From the NCBI GenBank assembly GCA_963804355.1, contig CAWDQC010000018.1, forward strand, positions 71,281 through 135,280: a stretch of DNA of 64,000 nt, read 5' to 3'. Below, one piece after another: positions 1 to 10,264 of the stretch (the stretch's first letter is position 1; each line of letters starts with the position of its first letter). Below the pieces are notes generated by a model. That model saw only the letters and a list, made by a program, of their open reading frames with translations. It had not been told where the DNA came from and did not search any database. Source of the stretch: an uncultured Pseudomonadota bacterium (lineage in GTDB: Bacteria > Desulfobacterota > Binatia > Binatales > Binataceae). The position numbers were made by a program, and so were the translations under genes.

Positions 1-49
1 GCTACCGCGAACGCCACGCCGTGAGATTCTCGCGGTGTGGCGTTTGCAT

Positions 50-1284
50 TCAGGTAGCCGCGTCGAGGGCGGTGATGGCGCGGCCGCGCGTTTCCGGCAA
101 TAGCCAGATCATCGCCGCGCCGGCGGCCGAGAAGAATCGCGCCAATCGAGAGCGTTGCGCCGAACTACCCAGGTAAAGCTGAACATCGTTATTGCCAGTG
201 GAGTGAAGAACTGAAGTCCGCGCGTGACGTTGAGCAGGAGCGCCAGCGTGGTATTGCGCACGCTGGTTGGAAGCAGCTCGGAGATCATCGGCTCCGGCGC
301 CGGCTCCAGATTCCGGTGCCGAATCCGGCCAGAACATCGCGCCGCGATGAGACCGGGAATCGCCGCTGTCCATCCCATAGCAGTGTCTCCGGAAGCAGTC
401 CCGACCGCCATCACAGACCGAAGAGGAAGAGCATCGGGCGTCGCCCGTAGCGGTCGGCGAGGTCCGAACACGAAGTAGCCCAAAATGCCGCCGTATTGCA
501 TCCTGATCATCAGTGGCTGCAGCCTGCGGCGTCATTTCGCGCATCAACTCGAGATATCCGGGCATCCAGCTATAGGTGAACCAGTAGGCCTCGCAGTTGA
601 CCAGCAGGATGAAGAAGAGCAACGCGACCAGGTTCCTGGTGGTACGCAGAACGCCGAATTCCGCGCCACCGAAAGATGGTGCTTGCGCGGCTGCGAATCC
701 ATACATCGCTTTCGGGGAACCATCGCAGACGGCGACAGTGAAAATCAAGCGCGGGCAACGCGGAAATCACGAAGTCGGCCGCCATCCGACGATCGGGTTC
801 CAGGTGACCTCTGGCCCACGCCGCCAGCAAGCATCCCAGCGGCGCGCCTATCTGCACATATGCGGCATAGCGCGCGCGGCGGTCGGGCGGGACGCTTTCG
901 GCGATCAGGCTTTGGCCGGGCGCTCCATTCACCGCCCATCCCGATGCCGGTTAACGATCGAAAAACAGGATCAGCTCGCAGAGCGAGTTGGATGCCGCGC
1001 AAAAGAGGTACCGACTCATAGATCAGCGACGGTGGCCACGATCGTCGGTCTGACGGCCCCAACGATCGCCGGACGAAACCGAAGATCACGCCGCCTGCCG
1101 CCGTCATCGCGAACGAGATTCCCAACGCCAGCGATGATTCGGCGGCGCTTAGGTGCAAATCGCGTGCGATCGGAACGAGCAGGAACGAGTACAGGATCAA
1201 ATCGTAGAAGTCGAAGATCCAGCCGAGGAAGCAGAGTCCGACGATCCGAGAGTGAATCCGCCGCGGACGTCCGCTCATCATCAT
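50..1284 (-). CDS. MFS transporter (aromatic acid/sialate:H+ symporter-like), split by several indels
   Basis: Stitched from ORFs 745..1284 (GWIFDFYDLILYSF, GIGMGGEW), 570..932 (LIAESVPPDRRAR), 109..510 (ISELLPTSVR) and 50..748 (WLLPETRGR), all MFS motifs. Confidence 0.85.
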
Positions 1285-1563
1285 TCTATCGATGCCGGGG
1301 ACGGGGCGGATTCATCATCGCGCCGGTCAGGGGCGGCTCGCTGCCGGGTGATGGTGATATCATGTGCACGCATGGTTGTCCCGTTTCGGTCATCACGTTG
1401 CGCATTGCTATCTGGCCCCGGCGGGAAAGTTATGGTTGGCTAACGTTCGAGTATCCGCGGCGCTTTCAAGTCCGACCGCGCCCACGAGGGGTCCTCACAC
1501 CGCGTCAAAGCGGTAGTGTTCGCGCAAGTGGATGTGCATCAATGGACGGTAAGTGGTGATCGC

Positions 1564-3295
1564 ATGTTGAAGAGATCCTGTTCGCGATTGTCGCGACACT
1601 CGAAGTGGTACTTATTCCGCACCGGGTACAGCCAGTATGCGCATCGCTACCGGTCCGGCTGTGATCGTCTGACGCTTTCCGGCAGCGTGGTTGAACGCGG
1701 CAGTAACGGCGTGCTCGGGCTGGTTGGCAACAGACGAGACGCCGCTTAACTTTGTGCGCGCGCGATCAAAGTCGCGGAGCAAAGGACCGGCGGATCATCG
1801 GGTTGGCGGTAAAGGTGATCGATCCGCAGATGGATCTCGCGCAGGCGCAGGAGATCGCCGCGCTGATCAAATCATTTCGCAAGACCGGCAAATGGACGGC
1901 CGCGTATATCGAGAGCGCCGGCGACTTCGGCCCCGGCAATCTACCGTATGTGGTTGCGGCCGCGGCCGACGAAGTCTCGATGATGCCGCAGGGCGAAATG
2001 AATCGCCGGCGTCGGGATGCGCGAGATGTTCGCGCGCGGGACGCTCGATTGGCTCGGGATCAATCCGAACTTCGATGCGATCGGAAAATACAAGAGCGCT
2101 GCCAATATCTTCACGCAAAAGGACTTCACTCCCGCGCAACAGGAAGAGGACGAAGCGCTGGCGTCCGACATGTTCGACCAGATCGTCAACGAGACCGCGA
2201 GCCATCGCCACTCGGTCCGCAACCATCAAGGCGCTTCGTCGACCACGCCCCGCTCGCGGCAGCCGACGGCCTCAAATCCCATCTCGTCGACCGGCTCGAG
2301 TACGAAGACCAGTTCGACGATCGCGTCAAGGAGTATCGCGGCCGACACCACGACGTGGATCGCTGACTACGGCAGCTACGGGAGGCCCGCAATTCGTCGA
2401 GGCGTTGAGCCGCCGCAACAAAATCGCGATGATTTATGGTGTCGGTGCGATCGATCGCGGCGCAAAGCGGATTCGATCCAGTGTTCTCGCCCGGGCTCAC
2501 CTCGATGGGCTCGGACGACATGGTCAATGCGTTCAATCAGGCGCGCGAAGACGATTCGGTTCGTGCCGTCGTCTTCCGCGTCGATTCTCCGGGAGGGTCG
2601 TAATCGCGTCCGAGCTGATCGGCGGGCCGGTGCAACTATGCGCCGAGAAAAAACCCGTCGTCGTCAGCATGTCCAGCTACGGTGCTTCGGGAGGTTTCTG
2701 GGTATCAACGCCGGCCGCGAGCGTTTTCGCCGACCCCGGAACGCTTACCGGATCGATCGGCGTGCTCGGCGGCAAATTCAATATTTCGGGTGCGGCGACC
2801 GAGTTGGCGTCAACAGCGGCGAAGTCATTCGCGGTGAAAACGCGGATATCTACGATTCGTTCACCGATTTCACGCCCGCGCAGGCGCGCATTTTTCACGA
2901 ATCAAATCCTGGGCGACACTTATCAATATTTCCTCCATATCGTCGCGGAACAGCGTCACATGACGACCGACCAGGTCAACAATCTGGCGCAAGGGCGCGT
3001 ATGGACCGGTATCCAGGCGGCGCAGAACGGCCTCATCGACGGCGTCGGCGGTTTCGAGACCGCGCTCACCAAGGCCGAAGTTCTCGCCAAACTGGATCCG
3101 CGCCAACCGGTGCAGCTTGAAGAACTGCCCGAGCCTCCCGGGCTCCTCAAGCGAATTCTTGGGAGCGGTCTCGACGGCTCGATGGGTTGGCGTGCGCCGG
3201 CCGCGCTAGTGCCTTTGCTGTGGATGGTCCGTCAGTCGGTGTCGCATCACGGTTCTTTCGGAGCGGTTTACTGTCCGCTGGTACCGGTGATGTAG
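1564..3295 (+). CDS. sppA: Signal peptide peptidase SppA (67K type), frameshifted
   Basis: Fragments in three frames: AAADEVSMMPQG, GKYKSAA, KKPVVVSMSSYGASGGFWVS, TGSIGV, GRVWTG; start codon approximate. Confidence 0.9.
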
Positions 3296-3364
3296 TCGGT
3301 CCCGTGCGAGGTTCCTTCCAGGATGTGCTAGATCAGCAAATAAGCTCTATCCAGGTGGTACAAG

Positions 3365-3781
3365 ATGGATCAGCAACTTGAAGGAATTCTGAATACCCTA
3401 TGCGAGGCCGAGCGCGCCGGCGGCCGTATTCTGCATGAGCTTACGGAGTTGGCGACTTCCCTCGAATTGCGCGAGATGCTCAAAAAGGTCGGCCACGACG
3501 AAGGCTACTACGCCGGTGAGCTTGCGGCTCATGTCAGGCGGCTCGGTGGCAGCGCCTCGAATCAGACCGGCGACTTCGTCGAAAAAGTGCGCGCGGTCAA
3601 CGATTTCAAGGCCAAGCTCGAGCTCCTGAATCGCGGCCAGCGCTGGGTGATCAGGAAGATCGATGAGGCTGTGCCCTCCATTGCGGATGAACCGCTGCGC
3701 GCGTTCCTGCGCGTGATGGCAATGGGGCACGAAGTTAATATCGGCGCCCTTGACGACAAGCTGAAGGAAGGAGTTCTTTAG
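3365..3781 (+). CDS. Ferritin-like protein (DUF6306-like)
   Basis: 138 aa helical; LCEAERAGG, DEGYY, TGDFVEKV, LLNRGQRWVIRKI, H near C-terminus. Confidence 0.7.
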   Translation: MDQQLEGILNTLCEAERAGGRILHELTELATSLELREMLKKVGHDEGYYAGELAAHVRRLGGSASNQTGDFVEKVRAVNDFKAKLELLNRGQRWVIRKIDEAVPSIADEPLRAFLRVMAMGHEVNIGALDDKLKEGVL

Positions 3782-3818
3782 GCGAGACGTTCGAGGTCAT
3801 CGCGATTGGGAAATGCAA

Positions 3819-3853
3819 CGAGCGGCAGGCCTTCGCCTGCCGCTCGCGTTTTC
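3819..3853. terminator. Intrinsic terminator-like hairpin between convergent genes
   Basis: Perfect 12-bp stem CGAGCGGCAGGC-CTTC-GCCTGCCGCTCG followed by CGTTTTC. Confidence 0.7.
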
Positions 3854-3875
3854 GACACAGTCTTGAATCGTCGAT

Positions 3876-5261
3876 CTATGCGCGTAGGGCGTCGAGCGAA
3901 ACCAGTTGTTCGCGCTGGGTCCCCGACGTATATGGACGCGAACCCGGATCGCGCTCGAAGGGATCGAGGATCCCGAGTTCTTTGCTGATCTCCCGCACTG
4001 CGGGAAGAACTTCCTGTCCCAGCAGACGAATACTCGTCATGCGGTCCTCAAAGCTGACCGGGCCCTGGCTCTGGAAAATTCCAAACACACCCGGGCGCAA
4101 CACTTCGAGGATACGGCGCAACTTCGGGATGACCGTCTTGGGCGTGCCCGCGATAATCTGCAGGCCATCCACGGCCTTCGGGTATGCCTTGTAAATCGCG
4201 GCCTTGGCCTCGTCGATCGTAGCTTCGCCGCGCGCGAGCCGCCGGCGCGTGCTATCCGCCACCTGCTGCAGGTTGCCCGGTTCCTTGTCCTTCTCTTTCT
4301 CTTGCGCACGCCCCAGTTGCTCTGAGCTGACGCCGAGGAAGCCGCCCGAACCGGCGGTCATCGTGCGAGCCAAGCGCTTGGTGGCTTCCTTGGAGTTGTA
4401 GCCCGGAGGGAGCGTGTGCTCCGGCCGCGAGAACGCTCCCTGTCCACCACCGTACAGATGCGCTTTGCCGAGCTCCTCGGCCTTTTCCTCGGTCTCGGCG
4501 ACGACCACATGCTGCAGGTAGCCAAAGTTCTCGGAGCCTGCCTGATAGCCGTGTTTCGCCGCAGTATCGCCATAGATATTCCACAACTCCGCGGTTGCCG
4601 GCAGGGCAGTGCCAAGACCGAGATATGGGTAACGATGCTCCGCGCACCATACGACCGTTTCGGGACTGAGTACGCCCGGAATCCAGATGGGAGGACGCGG
4701 CTTCTGGTAAGGGGTAACCCAGGGGTTAACGAATCGATAGGTGAAATGCTTACCCTCCCAGCGGAACGGACCGGGCTTCGACCAGGCCGCGAGAATCAGG
4801 TCGTGCGCTTCGTTGAACAGTTCGCGGTTGTAGGCCGGGTTGGCATTGTTGAAGATCTGCTCGCTGCCGGCGCCGCGAACCCATCCGGGCACCAGGCGGC
4901 CGCGTGAGATGCAATCGATCGTCGCCAGCTCCTCGGCCACGCGCAATGGATTCTTGAACGTGGGGAGCGGGTTGCCGAGCAGAACGATCCGGACTTTCTT
5001 GGTGATACGCGCCAGGATCGACGCCTCGACGTTCATCACGGCGCCCATGCAGAAGGGCGTCCCATGATGCTCGTTGAGCATCACCGCGTCGAAGCCGACG
5101 TCCTCGGCATAGACCATCTCGTCGAGGTATTCGTTGTAAAGCTGGGCACCCTTTTCGCGGTCGAAAAATTTATTCGGCACCGCAAAATAGGCCCGGTTCT
5201 TAATCAATTCGTCTTCCGCGATATCGCGATAAGGACGCTCGGTAAAATACATCAGGATCAT
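3876..5261 (-). CDS. LLM-class flavin-dependent oxidoreductase (paralog 2)
   Basis: GFDAVMLNEHH, PLRVAEELATIDCISRGRL, PYQKPRPPIWIPG. Confidence 0.9.
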   Translation of the reverse strand: MILMYFTERPYRDIAEDELIKNRAYFAVPNKFFDREKGAQLYNEYLDEMVYAEDVGFDAVMLNEHHGTPFCMGAVMNVEASILARITKKVRIVLLGNPLPTFKNPLRVAEELATIDCISRGRLVPGWVRGAGSEQIFNNANPAYNRELFNEAHDLILAAWSKPGPFRWEGKHFTYRFVNPWVTPYQKPRPPIWIPGVLSPETVVWCAEHRYPYLGLGTALPATAELWNIYGDTAAKHGYQAGSENFGYLQHVVVAETEEKAEELGKAHLYGGGQGAFSRPEHTLPPGYNSKEATKRLARTMTAGSGGFLGVSSEQLGRAQEKEKDKEPGNLQQVADSTRRRLARGEATIDEAKAAIYKAYPKAVDGLQIIAGTPKTVIPKLRRILEVLRPGVFGIFQSQGPVSFEDRMTSIRLLGQEVLPAVREISKELGILDPFERDPGSRPYTSGTQREQLVSLDALRA

Positions 5262-5306
5262 GGAGTTCTCTCCTTGGTTGCGCTGTTCGCTTCGCGACTC
5301 CGGCCG

Positions 5307-6710
5307 TTAGACCCGGACGCTGTCGTCGCGCTTGGGCGCGTTCTTGAGCGCCTCGAGATCGACCAACGAGTCACGCCGGGTGCCCGAGGTATAGGGACGC
5401 GATCCGGGAGCGCGCTCGAACGGATCGACGATACCGAGCCCCTTGGCGATCTCGCGCATCGCCGGCAGCACTTCCTGACCGAGCAGGCGGACGTTGTTCT
5501 GACGATCCTGCGCTGAAATCGGACCCTGCGCGGTGAACAAGCCGAAAATTCCCGGCCGCAACACTTCCATGATCATTTTGAGCTTGGGAATCACCGTCTT
5601 TGGCGTTCCGATAATTATCTGCAAGCCGTCCTGCGCCTTCTGATAGTTCTTGTAGATCTTGGCTTTGGCCTCTTCCATCGAGACCTCGCCGCGCATCATG
5701 CGGGCGCGCGTATTCCCCTTCTCCTGATGGACGTCGCCGGGGCGAGGGGCGGGCGCTTCGGACTGCTTGAGGGTTTCGCTGGTGACGCCGAGGAAACCAT
5801 ATTCGGTCGCCTGCCGGGCCAGGCGGCGGGTCGCTTCCTTGGAATTGTATCCCGGTGGCAAGGTCCATTCGGGACGCGAGAAGTTTTGCGCGCCGCCGCC
5901 GAACAGGGCGCCCTTGCCGAGTTCCTGGGCTTTTTCCTCGGTATCTGCGACGAAAATCTGCTGGAGATAGCCGAAGTTCTCCGAACCCGCGGTATAGCCT
6001 TCCTGCGCCGCGGTATCGCCATACAGGTTCCAGAGTTCAACCGTCGCCGGCAGGGCGGTGCCCAGACCGATATAGGGATAGCGATGCTTCGCGCACCAAA
6101 TGACTGTCTCGGGGCTCAGCACGCCGGGGATCCAAATCGGTGGATGCGGCTTCTGGTACGGCAATGCCCACGGATTCACATAGCGGTAGTTGAAATGCTT
6201 GCCTTCCCAACGGAACGGCCCCGGACGCGTCCAACAGGCGATCACGAAGTCGTGAGCTTCATTGAAATATTCGCGGTTATACGCGGGATTGGCGTTGTTG
6301 AAGATCTGCTCGCTACCGGCGCCGCGGACCCATCCGGGGACCAGTCGCCCGCGTGAAATCAGGTCGATTTCCGCCAATTCCTCGGCCATCCGCAGCGGAT
6401 GCTTCAGGGTCGGCAGCGGATTACCCAGCAGGACGATTCGCGCCTTCCGCGTCACGCGCGCCAGGATCGCCGCCTCGACGTTCATCACCGCGCCCATACA
6501 AAAAGGCGTGCCGTGATGCTCATTGAGCATAATCGCGTCGAAGCCCACCTCTTCCGCGTAGCAGGCCTCGTCGATGTATTCGTTATAGAGGTCGGCGCCG
6601 ACCTTCGGATCGTAAAATGAATTGGGAACGCCGAAGAAGCTGCGGTTCTTGATGACCTCTTCTTCCGGCACGTTTTTATATGGGCGCTCGGTGAAGTGCA
6701 TTATATGCAT
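5307..6710 (-). CDS. LLM-class flavin-dependent oxidoreductase (paralog 1)
   Basis: GFDAIMLNEHH, AEELAEIDLISRGRL, PYQKPHPPIWIPG; closely similar to the downstream gene. Confidence 0.9.
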   Translation of the reverse strand: MHIMHFTERPYKNVPEEEVIKNRSFFGVPNSFYDPKVGADLYNEYIDEACYAEEVGFDAIMLNEHHGTPFCMGAVMNVEAAILARVTRKARIVLLGNPLPTLKHPLRMAEELAEIDLISRGRLVPGWVRGAGSEQIFNNANPAYNREYFNEAHDFVIACWTRPGPFRWEGKHFNYRYVNPWALPYQKPHPPIWIPGVLSPETVIWCAKHRYPYIGLGTALPATVELWNLYGDTAAQEGYTAGSENFGYLQQIFVADTEEKAQELGKGALFGGGAQNFSRPEWTLPPGYNSKEATRRLARQATEYGFLGVTSETLKQSEAPAPRPGDVHQEKGNTRARMMRGEVSMEEAKAKIYKNYQKAQDGLQIIIGTPKTVIPKLKMIMEVLRPGIFGLFTAQGPISAQDRQNNVRLLGQEVLPAMREIAKGLGIVDPFERAPGSRPYTSGTRRDSLVDLEALKNAPKRDDSVRV

Positions 6711-6747
6711 GATGTTTCTCCCTTCAGTTCCACGCTTGCGTTCGCCC

Positions 6748-7539
6748 TCAAGCGAGGAACTCGCGCACCAGTTTGATGAATTCGGCAGACTTCTCGATTT
6801 CGGGCCGATGTCCGCATTGGTCGAAAATCGTCAGCTTAGCCTCGGTTTTGCTCAGACCTTTGCGAAAGCATTCAGCGGCGCTAACCGGCACGACCGCATC
6901 CTCGCGTCCCCAGATAATCTGCGTCGGCAATCCGCTGATGCCCGGCAGCAGATGCTCCAGGCTGGGATTGTTCATGATGGGTTCCCAGGTCAGACGGGCG
7001 TTCTCCGTGCGCGCGTCCTCGAAGGCTTCGAATTGCTCGGGCGTGCGTTCGCCGCCGTACAACTTGGCGAACTCCGGGGTCGCCTCGGCATCGTAGACGC
7101 TGGCGTTGAGTGAGGTGCGCGCGGTAACGGAGAAGCAATCCATGATCTCTCCGTCCGGTGGTTTGATTCCGGCGGGCGCGACCAGCACCATCTTGCGGAA
7201 TTGTTTGCTGTTAGCCGTCGCCATCTCGGCCGCGACCCAGCCGCCCACCGAGAACCCGATCACATCGAGCGGCGCAACGTTGAGATCGCGTACCGCCCAG
7301 CTATACCAGAGCGCGAGCTCGTGGATATTGCGGATCCAGTCGATCTTCGGCGATTTGCCGAGTCCCGGCTGAATCGGGATGATCAGGGTATGATCCTTGG
7401 CGAGTGCTGCGTGCCAGCTAAGCCATCCGGGATGCCCCAACTCCTCGTGCAGCACGAGCAGCGGCTTACCCTGGCCTCCTTTGACGATTGCGAGGTTACT
7501 CCCCGCGACTTGGGTGACTTCCTCTGTCCATTCTGCCAT
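6748..7539 (-). CDS. Alpha/beta fold hydrolase
   Basis: GFSVGG nucleophile elbow, IIWGREDAVVP, GHRPEIE. Confidence 0.85.
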   Translation of the reverse strand: MAEWTEEVTQVAGSNLAIVKGGQGKPLLVLHEELGHPGWLSWHAALAKDHTLIIPIQPGLGKSPKIDWIRNIHELALWYSWAVRDLNVAPLDVIGFSVGGWVAAEMATANSKQFRKMVLVAPAGIKPPDGEIMDCFSVTARTSLNASVYDAEATPEFAKLYGGERTPEQFEAFEDARTENARLTWEPIMNNPSLEHLLPGISGLPTQIIWGREDAVVPVSAAECFRKGLSKTEAKLTIFDQCGHRPEIEKSAEFIKLVREFLA

Positions 7540-7651
7540 CTGCCTGATCTTCCTCCATTTTAACCAACGGTAGGCGCCCGTCGCGGTCGCATCCGCTGGC
7601 AGGTCGAGTTTTTACCCTCTAACTCACATCGCCGATACCCGTAGCTTCGAA

Positions 7652-8899
7652 TCAAGAAGCGGCTTCGGTGGTATCCGCGGTCGGCTGCTTGAGCAAAATC
7701 TGTTGAGCGTAAAGCTCGCGAATCTCGTTCTCGCCGAGACCGAGCATCTCGCGCAGAACCGCGTCGTTGTCTTCGCCCAGTCGCGACGCCTTCAGATCCG
7801 TGCGGTCCGGCCAATCCGAAAACTTGACTGGAAGGGCGGGTATATCGAACTCTTCGAAGCTCGGATCGCTCACGCGGCGAACGGTCTTGCGCTCGCGCAG
7901 ATGCGGATGCGCCATCGCTTCCTCGAGCGACAACACCGGTCCGCATGGCACGCGAAATTTGTCCAGCTCCGCCACCACGCTGTCACGATCGGGGAAAGTC
8001 GCAAACCATTCTTCGATCATCTGTTTCAGCAGGACATTATTGCGAACGCGCCGTCCGTTGGTCTTGAAACGATCGTCGGTCGCGAGTTCCGGCTTGCCCA
8101 TCGCGTTGGCCAGCCGCGAGAATTCGTGTTGCTGCACCAGCAGCATGATAAAGCCGCCCGGGCATGCGTAGACGCCGGCGGGACTACCCGTGGGATGCTG
8201 CGAGCCGCCGCGCGTCGGCTTGAACTTCTCTTTGCGGATCGACACCACCGGCACTGCCAGCTCATGCATATGGAAGTAAGTATCGAGCAGCGAGGCGTCG
8301 AGGAATTGTCCTTTGCCGGTCCGCGACGCGTTGAGCAAGGCGAATCCGACCGCCATCGCCGCCGCGACCCCGGTCGATACGTCACCGATCGCCATAGTCG
8401 GAATGATCGGTGGCCGGTCGGCCTCGCCCAGCAAGCCGGTCACACCCGCAAACGACGCACCGATGAAGTCATACCCGGGACGCTTGCTCAATGGCCCGGT
8501 CTGGCCGGTCGCCGAAACCGAGCACATCACTAATTTGGGATTGATCTTGCTGAGGGTCTCGTAACTGAATCCCATGTCCGCGATCACGCCGGGCGCGAAA
8601 TTTTCCACCACGACATCGATCTTCGGGATCATGCCCAGCAACAGCTCTTTCGCGCGTGGCTTGCGCAAATCGAGGGCCAGGCTCCGTTTGCTGTGATCGT
8701 GCTGGAAATAATAGGTGCTCATCCCGTCTTTGGAGGTGAGACCCAGTTGGCGTACGTGATCACCTTCGAGCGATCGCTCGACCTTGATCACATCGGCGCC
8801 CAACTCGCCGAGTATCCGGGTGCAGGTTGGCCCCGCGACGAAATGTGTGAAGTCGAGGACGTGATAACCCTTCAGCATCAGTGCCTGCTGCTGCTCCAT
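7652..8899 (-). CDS. CaiB/BaiF family III CoA-transferase
   Basis: VLDFTHFVAGP, LGADVIKVE, DVVVENFAPG, GQTGP..RPGYD, IGDVSTG. Confidence 0.92.
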   Translation of the reverse strand: MEQQQALMLKGYHVLDFTHFVAGPTCTRILGELGADVIKVERSLEGDHVRQLGLTSKDGMSTYYFQHDHSKRSLALDLRKPRAKELLLGMIPKIDVVVENFAPGVIADMGFSYETLSKINPKLVMCSVSATGQTGPLSKRPGYDFIGASFAGVTGLLGEADRPPIIPTMAIGDVSTGVAAAMAVGFALLNASRTGKGQFLDASLLDTYFHMHELAVPVVSIRKEKFKPTRGGSQHPTGSPAGVYACPGGFIMLLVQQHEFSRLANAMGKPELATDDRFKTNGRRVRNNVLLKQMIEEWFATFPDRDSVVAELDKFRVPCGPVLSLEEAMAHPHLRERKTVRRVSDPSFEEFDIPALPVKFSDWPDRTDLKASRLGEDNDAVLREMLGLGENEIRELYAQQILLKQPTADTTEAAS

Positions 8900-9185
8900 C
8901 GACGAATCTCCCTCGCCATGAGATAGCGTTCCAACACTCGCTGAAACGATCGTTCAATGCGGCCGTTATTGGGCGCATCATACTAATGTCGGGCGGTAAG
9001 TGTCCACGCCGATGAAAGCTCGCCGCAAGGGGGCCGCTTTTGGCGCGATTCGGTTGCGTGTCGCCGGAAATCACGGTTCTATCTTGATGGAGGGTGCGAG
9101 CTTCCCGATTGTCGCCAGCGAAACCCGCGCCCTCACGATGCCCGCGGCATCCGTCGCGCTCCGTCGCTTCCGAGGTTCGGTGATA

Positions 9186-9404
9186 ATGACGAAAAAGGTC
9201 TTGATAGCCTGCCAGGTGCTATTGCTGATTGTGGGGATGTCAGTCTTTCAGGCTTGCGCCGAACACCAATCCTACAACCCTTACGGTCCCGAGTATGGCG
9301 ACTACGACGACGGCCACGTATGGCACGACCGCAATTGGTGGATCGACAATCATCGGGATTGGGTCGCCGAGTATCATCACGAATGGCTGGAACAGAACAA
9401 CTAG
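9186..9404 (+). CDS. Small exported Trp/His/Asp-rich protein, possible lipoprotein
   Basis: MTKKVLIACQVLLLIVGMSVFQAC signal-like N-terminus, then YGDYDDGHVWHDRNWWIDNHRDWVAEYHHEW. Confidence 0.6.
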   Translation: MTKKVLIACQVLLLIVGMSVFQACAEHQSYNPYGPEYGDYDDGHVWHDRNWWIDNHRDWVAEYHHEWLEQNN

Positions 9405-9490
9405 CCTCGATCACTAGACCGAGCGGATTTTCGTCGCGCAAACTGCGGATCCGTTCCAAAACTCAAATTTGCACCAAAACGCGGGAGTAA

Positions 9491-10249
9491 ATGCCGATGC
9501 TCGCCGAAAACGTTCAAGGTAACTACAGCTTCATTCGCGGAATCGGCCCCTTCTCCTCCGGCGTGATCGCGAGCGCCGGCTTCGAGATCGTACATGCCGC
9601 CTTTCACCCGTTGATCCCCCTCGAACCGGGCTATGCGACGGTCGAACGTCATCTCAAGGGTCTCGGCCGTCCCATCACCGCGATCTGCGGCTTCCACCTG
9701 CGAATTCCTCAGGCGCTTTCGCGCGAGGCCTTCGACGAATTCAATCGGCCCTACATCGAACGTCTGCGTTCGTGGGGATTGGAGGTCGACGGCGCCAACC
9801 CGGTGACGCGCACCAACGTCGCACCCGCGGCGAACCAAATCGCCGAGCCCTCGCTCGCCGGCTTCTTCTACACGATACCCTCGCAGGCTTGCGCGACGAC
9901 CTTCGTGGTCTCCGGCGTGCCCGAAATCGCCACCCGCGACGGCGGGGTGCAAATCGTCGCGCGCGGCGATACCTCAGCTGAAGGGATGCGAAAAAAGACC
10001 GAATGCGTGATGGAGATCATAGGCGCACGGCTGACCGAGATGCGCGTCGGATGGGACGCCGCGACCGCGATCAACCTCTACACCGTCCACGATGCCCATC
10101 CGCTGATGACCACCGTGATTCTTCCGGCGGTCGGTCGCGGGGCACACGTCGGGATCAACTGGCAGTATTCACGGCCGCCGGTAATCGGGCTGGAACTGGA
10201 AATCGACGTGCACGCAGTCCGGCAGGAGATAGTGCTTACAGAGCCCTGA
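9491..10249 (+). CDS. CnbZ-like (2-amino-5-chloromuconate deaminase-like) RidA-fold protein
   Basis: GNYSFIRGIGPFSSGV, NPVTRTNVAP, RPPVIGLELEIDV recalled from the CnbZ family; SD GGGAG. Confidence 0.65.
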   Translation: MPMLAENVQGNYSFIRGIGPFSSGVIASAGFEIVHAAFHPLIPLEPGYATVERHLKGLGRPITAICGFHLRIPQALSREAFDEFNRPYIERLRSWGLEVDGANPVTRTNVAPAANQIAEPSLAGFFYTIPSQACATTFVVSGVPEIATRDGGVQIVARGDTSAEGMRKKTECVMEIIGARLTEMRVGWDAATAINLYTVHDAHPLMTTVILPAVGRGAHVGINWQYSRPPVIGLELEIDVHAVRQEIVLTEP

Positions 10250-10264
10250 ATCAGGACGTTGCCC

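Noticed and set aside
10-44. Long hairpin at the window start as a REP/ncRNA
   Set aside because: Single copy seen, directly after the MFS stop; most simply a terminator-like stem without enough context
3876-6710. luxAB bioluminescence operon
   Set aside because: No luxCDE/luxG nearby; the proteins are much longer than LuxA/LuxB and look like generic LLMs
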